In this document: one piece after another, positions 24,867 to 33,510 of the stretch
How positions within the stretch are numbered: the first letter of the stretch is position 1
Layout of the letters: each line of letters begins with the position of its first letter
Assembly: GCA_002633005.1 (NCBI GenBank)
Contig: NMRA01000109.1
Span: forward strand, 52,035 to 85,544
Reading direction: 5' to 3'
Length of the DNA: 33,510 bases
Source: Phoronis australis
Taxonomy: Eukaryota; Animalia; Phoronida
Program-made: the position numbers and the translations under genes
The notes under the pieces: generated by a model
What the model was told of the DNA's origin: nothing
Database searches by the model: none
The model's input: the letters and a program-made list of their open reading frames with translations, nothing else

Positions 24867-26100
24867 TAGGGGGCAGCCTAAATTTTCTATGTGACTAGAA
24901 AATACACTTATAATTCAAAATCCCCACGTCTACATTTGCACATTTTTTTAAAAAGTGTGTTTAGTGCAAGAAATATTATGCACATTCCATCCACTGGGTG
25001 GCGCTTTTCTGTTAAATTGACCAATCGGAAAGCCAGGCTATATTGTTGCACTTATTAACTTAAATATGGCAGCTCCCATGTAATAACTAAAACTTGAAGA
25101 AGCTTGAAGAAGCATCCCGACCAACGAAAGCTGATGGACTGCACAACTCTTTGGATGTATACAGATGGAAAAAAGAGGTGTCACAAAACGTTCGTTCTAG
25201 AAATCAGCTGCGTTGCCTAACTGGCTTAGTAAAACATCTTCTGCTTTGTATACTGCTATTGGAAGACCAAGCGCCACAACAAAAATTGAAGAGGCACAGA
25301 AACGCATAGCAACGTTTCAAGACACCACCAGTATTAGTAAAACTGAAGCTGCTGGAAGTGACACAGAAGTTACCCAAGACTTCCCCAGAAAATCAGTTAG
25401 ACTTCCAAAATATGAAACACCAAATTAATCTGAACAAGATTGGAACATTCTGCCACAAATGCACCATTTGCCAGCAGGAAAAGTATCGTGCTTGCCTCCA
25501 AACAAAAACAGTGTTTGACCCTTTATTGTGTGTGGGCCACTTACCGATTTGCGTTGCTGTACCCTCTCTAATCGTCCATACTTGGCTCCTTGGCGATGGA
25601 GCTTTCCAGTTAAAATGGAAGACAATAGCCACAGCTCCATTGACGGTTCTACACGATGTACGCTGCAAGTGCAAAAAGGACATGTGTGGAGGGATACTGA
25701 GTTTGTGCTGCAATGAGTTAAATTGTACAGAAAGGTGCAGTTGTGAAAACTGTAGTAATATCAGCAGCACTGACCGCATAACATGGGATAGTGCTTTAAC
25801 AAGTCAACTGTAACTGTACCGCTAACTTCTCTAACCCCGTTATGTCATTAAATTTTCATGTTAAAAGCGTGGGTTGTGAATTTTGTTTGTTGATTTGTCA
25901 TTGAAAGTACATACTTTGATAATTGTCATGTATTTGTATCATGCTGCTTGCTAAACGCTTTCAGAATAACCTATTATTTTCATACAGTCTATACACTGTA
26001 TGCATATTCACAGAGATAATTCAACTGTTGTTTTATATAACATATTTCTGGTGTATTATGCAAACAAAATATAACAGCTTATTATTTAAAATGACTTATT
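24867..26100 (+). mobile_element. Internally deleted AcademX-like transposon
   Basis: Starts TAGGGGGCAGCC. CCAAT and aaatatggc promoter-like motifs are present. ORF 25358-25813 has RACLQ..W..GAFQLKW..APLTVLHDVRCKCKKDMC..LNCTERCSCENCSN, the Cys8/CXC C-terminus of XPG-type Academ proteins. Right TIR not found. Confidence 0.55.
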
Positions 26101-26139
26101 CTTATTAAAATGACATAAGCAAAAAATTGAATTTCAGGC

Positions 26140-26510
26140 CTCAAAAGCGAGGCCCTCTATATTAATATAGAAGGCCTCGACGAAAGGCGGCCGGAGAGCG
26201 GGGCTTCTATATTAATATAGGAGCCCCGCTCTCCGGCCGCCTTTCGGCGAGGACCCCTATAATAATATAGGCGGCCTTGCCGAAAGGCGGCCGGAGAGCG
26301 GATCCCGCTATATTAATATAGACGGCCCCGCTTTTCGACTGCGTTTTAGCGAGGTCCCCTGTAATAGTATAGGGGGCCTCGCCGAAAGGCGGCCAGAGAT
26401 TGCGGCTCCCGATATTAATATAGGGTCCCTTCCGGAAGGCAGCCTATGAGCGAGGCCCACTATATTAATGTAGAAGGCACAGCCGGAAGGTGACTGACGA
26501 GCGAGTCTTC
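26140..26510. repeat. Array of ~50-bp units: a 14-bp palindrome plus GC-rich arms in alternating orientation
   Basis: ctatattaatatag or variants at 26157, 26207, 26257, 26308, 26359, 26410 and 26460. The arms ggcctcgccgaaaggcggccggagagcggggc run forward, reverse, forward, reverse, then forward. Confidence 0.9.
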
Positions 26511-27008
26511 ACATCAAAAACTGCCACTAGGAGGTGCCACAGTAGCTAGATTAATCCGAAAATCATCGACAGGCTTTCTCTTCATAGTAAGAAAATACAT
26601 GCATGCCAATTTTTACAATCATCTTTAAGAGCGGTTTGGTTGAGAGGCGGATGCCAAAAAACAGCAAAAATGGTCATTAGGTGGCCCAAAATACCTCGAC
26701 TCCTTCCGAAAACAGGAATATAGCATCATCCTACTAACAGGTGCCTATATGCCAAGTTTCACAAAAATCCGTAGACGACCTTTAAATATACAGAGGTAAA
26801 TGTAAAAAAATAAATTGCCACTAGGGGGCACAATGGTTGTCAGATCCGTCCGAAATTCGTCCTCTTCTGTCGTCATCTTCATACGGACCCATCTGTCAAA
26901 TTTGGTGAAAATACTTTGAGGGGTTCAGGAGATACAGCTGCGGACGCTGGACGCCCAGACAGAGATGAAGGCAATTTGCACCCACATATAGGTATGTGGG
27001 CGCATAGA
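26510..27008 (+). mobile_element. Helentron-associated non-autonomous element (HINE/DINE-1-like) 3' part
   Basis: tgccaagtttcacaaaaatccg-type internal repeats, then caaatttggtgaaaat..ggttcaggagat, degenerate GGAC/AGAC microsatellite (26941-26962), terminal hairpin cccacata-tagg-tatgtggg (26981-27000) and an A-rich flank. Confidence 0.6.
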
Positions 27009-27387
27009 AATGCAGCCTCTATGAGCATTTGAATTTGACTTGGAAAAAAAAAAATAGCCAACACGTCCGCCATTTTGAATCTGATCATGATGAACGACCT
27101 TAGGCTTCTAGCACTTCGGGGACTAGAAGTTGTGGGTGAATCTTTTGCAATTGGGCAAATAGTGCAACCTGTATGTAAGAGTGCAGACAAAAAAACTTGA
27201 TGTCAGAGCAACATACTTGATGAAATTTCAATTCATGGCAGATACAATAATTCGCCATGTACCGTAATTAGGTAAATTAACAATGGCAGGGGTTGACAAT
27301 GGCTGCTTTTAAATTAATGGACAGCTATACAGATATGACTTTCTGTCCACTAAATCCAAGTTGCTTTCTTGGTCTCATTTATAGACA

Positions 27388-28030
27388 CCGTATTAGCCCT
27401 AGTAAGCGCCTAGGGCACTTAGAAAAATTCGTTTAAGGAGAGGAGGTGCGCTTATTGGAGCCTAAGGCTGTTCAAACACAGTGTCCGAAACAGGTGAGAT
27501 CCGAAGCTAGGATTCATCAAATTTATGCTCTGCAACGTGTCTGTAGCCTACGACAGATCGACTTTCCACAAAATTGCGGTACATTGCTATCAAACTTCGT
27601 CATTAAATTACAATCCTTTATCAGAAAATTGTGGGGAAATCCCAGGGCGAAAATTTGCTGAATTATGGCAAGATTCACTTCCGTTGACAAGTACACTGTC
27701 TGTTCTGAAAAGCCAGACCATAGTAGGACACATACCTCTTGAGATCTGCAAAAATTTTAAATTAATTCTTTTTGAAGCACAGCAGAAGTTTGAAGACAGT
27801 GTATATTCACGGCTAAATACCGACACAGCGGCGAGGCTTGTGGTCTAGAAATTTGGCGCGCACTATGATTGTTTTCAGGACTGTCGGATATTATTGATAA
27901 ATTGAACTTCAGATGGTACTGCAAAATTTAAGAAATCTAGGTAAGGCACACGTCCATGGGCTGGGCGCGTTTAACGAAGTCTGAAAACACTTATTGGGCA
28001 AATTTTGTGCGCTTATTAGGGCAAATACAG
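27388..28030 (+). mobile_element. TIR element (CCGTA-type, Tc1/mariner-pogo-like ends) carrying a HIRAN-like relic
   Basis: TIRs ccgtattagccctagtaagcgc / gcgcttattagggcaaatacag, with CA on the left and TA on the right. An internal frame reads SVLKSQTIVGHIPLEI. Confidence 0.6.
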
Positions 28031-28699
28031 TAGTTGTGAATTTTTGTACACCATATCTGAGTTGCTTTCTTGGTCTCATTTATACTTTAGACAGTTCCAA
28101 TATGAAAAGACCTCTATTGCAGGGATAAAAGTTAACATTGTCCATGACCCTGTTGCCTCTGTCTTTTGTTCAGAGTCCTTCTAGTCAACAGAGCAGTGTT
28201 GGGACTGGGATATGATCTGTCCTATTATTAAGTTGGTCAGGTATCCATTGTCAGCTACATGTATGGCAGCTGTTATACCAGTTATCTACAATATTTCCAA
28301 AGAGATAACCAAAGGCATTCATTGAATGAATTGTTCCCACAGTGGTTAAGGTCTTAGTTATGTTTGGGCAAAGATCAAACAAAAGGCCTGGTTGTTTGCT
28401 CCTGTAAATGATACGTTTACAAAACAATAGCAAAACTGCTTTTTTACAAATAAGCTCATTGGCGATTAGGCCTATTATTTAATTCAAATTTCTCAAAAAT
28501 GTGCCACTTTACATGTGTGAACTTTGTCGATATTGAAAACACTGTAGTAAATGAATTTAAAAACACCAAAATAACATTGCCCCCGTGAAGTACTCACGAA
28601 AATCACTTTCTAGAACACCTCTGAATCCTGGCCCACCGCCTACTTTGCAACAGCTATTTTACTGGAGATCGTAACCTACATGTACATTCATGAACCTCA

Positions 28700-29190
28700 T
28701 TCCCTTTCTTAAATGAATGTCATTAGGGCAAGATTTTGATAAAGGAATGCCCGAAACATACATCGGGATACTGACCAAAAGTTTCCACAGTTTTATGACG
28801 TTTTCTTCCAATTTAAGTGAATATATTTTCATCTTGACTGCTTTTTCTGCCACCTGTCGGTGGTAGTAATAATCAAGTGGCAGTGGTAAGAGTGCCTTTG
28901 CCACAATGTAAACTTAGAATTAAAGTTCGATTTCTTATCAAGAAGAACGCTGGGACTGTAAGCGATTCTTCTCCGTTGATTACACGGCTTTAGACTAGCA
29001 GGGGGAGGAAGCGCACTCAAAACATTTTTAAAAATATAACAAAATTGTTCATTCTCATGTACCTTTGACATCCTGATATCAAGCAAGTGCAGCAGTGTAT
29101 CACGCAATCAAGTTTTGATTTCTTTAGCCACTATAAAGTGGTTCAGTTTGCTCTGAAACGTAGGCCAATTTCAGCTTTTACCCACAGGGT
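28700..29190 (-). mobile_element. Degenerate Gypsy gag fragment
   Basis: Minus strand reads NWPTFQSKLNHFIVAKEI..RDTLLHLL, then HRQVAEKAV and MYVSGI, resembling the gag motifs W..Y..RL..F..A..I..LL, RxQxxGE and FVxG. Confidence 0.4.
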
Positions 29191-29483
29191 GTACCGATCT
29201 ATTTCTCTAATAAGTAAGTAGCTGTATATTTACTTAATGACAAACGCTATAACATTTATACTGTTAAAGCAAGGTCACTCCAAGTGATATTTATACTGCA
29301 TCAGTTTAAAAAATCGCGACATATCACGTTCCCAGAATATAGGAATTTGCCTTGCGCTTTTATACAGTGACACTTGTATTTTGACTGATCTAATTTACAG
29401 TATGTTAGAATTGGTCTCATGGTTGTTTTATATAAAGTAAAGGGAGAGGTATCTTTAAGACACTTTTCTATTATTCATTGCAG

Positions 29484-29735
29484 TGACTCAAAAAGTACTA
29501 GTAGCAGTAGCATTTGACAAACCTACAAATCCGAATGGTCGCCAGTTTTGTAATTATTTCGATGGAATTATGCCTATGGTTACGACTTTCGTGCGTGATA
29601 GCAGAACAAATCAAGTTGCAGAAATCTACATGCAGTGTTTGCGTCACAAAGGTTCGTGGGGTCATACCGTTGTGGTGGAAACAAAGGAAGGAATACTCTC
29701 CCTGGCTGAAGTGGAGGTGTTTATGAAAGATCCAG
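29484..29735 (+). CDS. Exon encoding the C-terminal half of the F-type lectin-like domain
   Basis: Acceptor ttttctattattcattgcag ends at 29483 and donor CAG|gtaaaa starts at 29736. The exon is 252 nt, open, phase 1-1. Translation ...FC...QC...WGHTVVVETKEGILSLAEVEVF matches the F-type lectin end C..C..GRYVxV..LxLCEVEV. It joins the 5340-5648 exon in frame (T+TG = Leu). Confidence 0.78.
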
Positions 29736-30149
29736 GTAAAATTTCGTAATATAGCTCTGCCGTCGCGCCCACGCGCACACAAAATCACACGTGTGCATAA
29801 AAACAAATGTAAAAATGAAAATGGTTAGGCAAATAATGAGACGCATTGGAAGTGTAATTGAGAGTTCCCACTTGTATCACTTAGGCAGCTGTTCTTAATC
29901 TGGGACCATCATCTAACGATGTTGAAATTCGCTCTCGTAACATCATCTCATGTTTTAACCTCTTTCTAAACAAAATGGGAACCAGTTCCATAAAAAGTTC
30001 TTAAGAAAAATCAAACAGATTTTCAGTTAACCAAAATACATGAAGTTCACAGAAGTGTCAGAAAAGCCGGGAAGTTAGCCGCGCACCAACCATTAACAAC
30101 ATTACTTTGTTTCCGGAAGACGTGAAACGCGTATGGTATTTCACATTGC

Positions 30150-30460
30150 CATACAATAACTCTAACCTGGAAGGTCCGTTGAGAGGGGCAGAAATTGACT
30201 GGATCTGAACTGGGTGGTAAAAATTCAAATCCGCAGGTCTACTGTAGCCTGTCATGTATCGTGATTTTTTGCACCACTCCGCGCCGATCCAGTATATTGA
30301 CCAAGAGAGGGTCTACCACGGGCAAAGATTTTAGCGGAGGATTATCCCTTTCCCGCTTGGACAGTGGTTGTGGTTAGAGAATGTTTTCGTAGTGCGCAAG
30401 ATACGACACAACTAATATACTGTACATGTAGTACAGCCACCGAATTATTAGACTTCGTCC
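30150..30460 (-). mobile_element. Possible Crypton tyrosine-recombinase C-terminal relic
   Basis: Minus-strand pieces NHC.., ARSGAKNHD and MTGYSRPADLNFY..QIQSISAPL resemble NHxxR...G...IM..TGH.S..SL..Y...Q...IS..L. Confidence 0.35.
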
Positions 30461-30712
30461 GGGACACCTCCGGTTTGGCTATACGTGACCGTAATCGGAA
30501 ACAAACTGGCAGTCATGCATTATCGACCGTGTCAGATGGCGTGAGAGTGAGGCGAGTCTACCAGGAACTTACCTTCAGTCGCGCGTGAGCGATCCGTGAG
30601 CGACCCCTTATTCAGTCGTGTTTCCTCGCATTTGCCTGATCCATAGAACTTTACATGAAAAAACTTTCGGTTCTCCTTTCCTTGGGACATTCTCAGATTT
30701 TTTTCTTTTCAG

Positions 30713-30810
30713 TATAACAGCAGAGCCTTCAGCCAAGAAAGAATCATTTTAAGTTATCGAAACCAGCTTTTATCTTAGATGGTCGGTGCCTCTTGTTCAA
30801 AGCAAATAAA
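30713..30810 (+). other. Candidate terminal exon of the lectin gene (short coding tail plus 3' UTR)
   Basis: Strong polypyrimidine acceptor tttttttcttttcag ends at 30712. Splicing gives ...KDPV* (or ...KDPAEPSAKKESF* from the next AG). AATAAA at 30805-30810. Confidence 0.3.
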
Positions 30811-31389
30811 AATCCGAGACACGACATTACTTTACCAGTGGGGCATGCATAACATAAGAGCACAATTTCAGGCTAATCGACCCACCCGCACACAACTCAT
30901 CTAATTATTCAACAGTGTTATAAGTGTTAATTCAAAAACTCAAAACATTTGAAAACGTCTGACAAAGAATTCTCTTGCACTTAAAATGTTTGCACATTTG
31001 CACCCTAAATAATGCATTTATGAAATTTTGAGTGGTGAGGCAAAATCTAATATAATACTGTAGGTCAAAATTTAATTTTCGGAGGGAGATGTGTCCCAGA
31101 AGGTTGAAAGTTATTCGTATAGCCATTGGATCAATGCTCACATGTTTGAAGCACGTTATTTGACACTAATGCTCCGGTGAGTAAAACGAAAGTTGTTGGG
31201 AAGACCTCACACTTTGAATCACAGGTATCTAGTGATAATGAGATTTTAGCAACAGCAGTAAAATGCTTTCATTTCACCGCTGAAGTAAAAATAGAGCACA
31301 GGAAGATGACACCAAAATACCAACAGTCAATGCTGAGCTACATCTGTGCAACCTGCGTAATGTCCCACAGGGTCTGCAAATTAGTTACT

Positions 31390-32140
31390 TGTTGTTTAAA
31401 CACAAAGATGCCCATGATGTCGCAACAAAATAAAATTTCTGTATGCTTGATGCCATTCAGTGGCATTCTGATCAGTCTCTGACTCAGTGGCATCAAGTCA
31501 TTTTCTTGCAGTTCGCCTAAGGCAATTACAACTTCATCTGTACAAAACGCTTTGAAATCCTGAAAACATCGGTAAAACATATTTTATGCTGATTCAACAT
31601 TTTTGCAGATTCCAGTGACTAGGAAATGAGCAGTAACTTGCCGCTTATAAATAAAATATAAGCTACAACTGGTTTATATGGATTGACATTCTGTATTCTG
31701 AAATCAAAGTGTATAGATTTTAATTATTACACACTATGAACAGGCCAACACTTTTGCAAATTTACATCTTGCTTGGTTTTGGATGGTGTTTGCAACAGAG
31801 AATTGAATAACCCAAACCACCATGCGATCAGTTCGAACCTAAAGTGAATGAAATTCATTAGTTACATTCACATTAATGAGAACAAAGAATTTTTAAACAC
31901 TAAACTTTTTCATATGTAATAATTTCAAGACTTATATACATGTAGCAACATGTATAAGGAAAACCACGATATGACTATCTTGTTTTTCACCGAAATCATT
32001 CAATCCTCAGTTTCATGCATGGCATAACGCTTTTTCTGTCGCCGACAAAACTTTCAACTTGCAAGTCCAGGTTGACCCCTTGAGCTCTGCTTCCCCACGA
32101 TGGCGTGGGTCATTCTTGCAATGATCGCGTGCACCCCCTT
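31390..32140 (-). mobile_element. Second KolX/P2X7-ballast-like relic (Kolobok accessory gene)
   Basis: Frameshifted C-T-(C)-DHC at about 32115-32135. After the acceptor ttttcag (31560) the minus strand reads DFKAFCTDEVV, then EWHQAYRNFILLRHHGHL, matching the KolX motif RHxAYRxFxxWxHGxLG. Confidence 0.55.
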
Positions 32141-33138
32141 TCACACCTCTTGTTTGCCAAAGTGGTCGCACCGGTGTTCTTTAAGATGAGTGCTATTGGA
32201 AATAAATTATATTGGTTGTTATTCCTTACGAATCCACAACCTATGAGCTATACACAGTTAGGTGAAATATAGATGTAGATAAGGCAAAATGCTTATGTTA
32301 GACCCAGTGTTACACAAGTGTTAACTATTTCCTCACACCGGGCTTAGTGAGAAGCTTGTGTTAAGGAGCCAATTAGGCAGTCAGCGCAATTTTCTACAAA
32401 CAAAACTTTTTTGTAACAGAATGGAACACAATGAGAACAGAAAAAAAAAATCACAATTAAGGGAACACCATGCAGCCATTAAACAAAAATATTTACTTTA
32501 AACACAACAATAAAACACCATTTCAAAACCTTTAAAGCTCTGCCCCAACAGATTGCTGCCACTGTATACAGCAGGCCAGACCAAAGCAATATGGTGGCCA
32601 TCACTTATCCACAAAATGTCAGCTATCATCTCTCAGTAACTCCCATACGAAGCCATCACGGTGAAAACCCCAAGCACATATTAAGAGCATATTCGCAGAT
32701 GGACCAGGCAGAGAGTGATAAATGCTATGTCACAGGTTCCCTTTATATGTTTTTCTGTGTGATGAGCCAGCCCCACTGACTCCAGACCACCTTTATTTTT
32801 TTTCCAAAACGTCCCCTTTTGGATCCCATGGATATCATTTGTTTCTGGCCACTATTGAGCCTGACAGCAGTTGAGTTTTAGCGAAACTTAAAGAGCTAGC
32901 TTGAGTAGTGGAGTACCATTGAAACACTGAACCTGTGTTATTGATCAGGTGTGACCCTCGACTACTTTTTTATGCAATTTTGACAGATTTCGTTAATTCT
33001 TTGTCTATTTTTAGAGCCGCGTAAGATGAATACTTCTAGTGATTTTTTAAACGGTCAAAATTGGCTCAAATCGCCCCCCGATATCTCAGCTGGCACAAGT
33101 CTCAGAACATTCTATTACAAATCAGTCTGTTGAACTCA

Positions 33139-33510
33139 CCTTAGATCTACTAATCAAAACAGAAATTCGTCTCGTGCTTGCTGGTTTCCTGTCTCCTTAA
33201 AGTCCTTCTCTCACGCGTTGTTAACCCTTATTACATGGTTAGAAGATGTTATAAGGATCACAGAAGTACCTACCCCATAACTAATACACGATCTGTACTC
33301 GAAAAAAGTTTAAATGAACGCGCCACTCACGATTCGCACCCGAAGAACCACCGCCACTTTGAACTTGCCGCGAACCCGGAAGTACAATTCATTCAGGAAC
33401 CCAGGCCGAGAAAACGCCGTCAGTGCGACTGGAGCAGTGCCTGTACTGTTACCAGCCAGCAAACGGGGATAAAATAATCGACAGCGCGCCTTAATTTTAA
33501 TAAAATCAAA
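33139..33510 (-). promoter_or_regulatory. Possible promoter / first exon of a minus-strand transcript
   Basis: CpG-richer segment with an ETS-like CCGGAAGT at about 33377 and a minus-strand donor AG|gtgagt at about 33133-33140. Confidence 0.2.

Noticed and set aside
25358-25813. Host metallothionein or tesmin gene
   Set aside because: Frameshifted upstream motifs and a TAGGGGG terminus fit a transposon C-terminus better; no exon structure.
26140-26510. CRISPR array
   Set aside because: The spacers are homologous to each other, the repeat is only 14 bp, no cas genes are present and the context is eukaryotic.
33015-33133. Alternative terminal exon of the lectin gene
   Set aside because: There is a plausible acceptor and a short open frame, but no homology support, and a closer, stronger acceptor exists at 30712.

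Overview
AT-rich (roughly 38-40% GC by eye) eukaryotic genomic DNA, probably from a marine invertebrate (mollusc/lophotrochozoan or amphioxus-like; inferred from the repeat types and frequent TACATGTA). No prokaryotic operon, rRNA or CRISPR is present, and most ORFs in the track are spurious or transposon fragments. The one convincing host gene is on the + strand. Two phase-1 exons (5340-5648 and 29484-29735) join in frame to encode an atypical F-type lectin (fucolectin-like) domain. A decayed tandem copy of the first exon lies next to it. The ~23.8 kb between the exons, and the flanks, hold decayed mobile elements: an ISL2EU-like THAP element with TIRs, two AcademX-like remnants, a Penelope element with a degenerate hammerhead, an RNase H-bearing LINE, two Kolobok-like (THAP/KolX) remnants, a TIR element with a HIRAN-like relic, LTR/gag and Crypton-like scraps, MITEs, and a Helentron-type end next to an unusual alternating-orientation palindrome array. 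Family calls come from motif recognition only; no database searches were run. I do not see a clearly intact novel multi-gene system.
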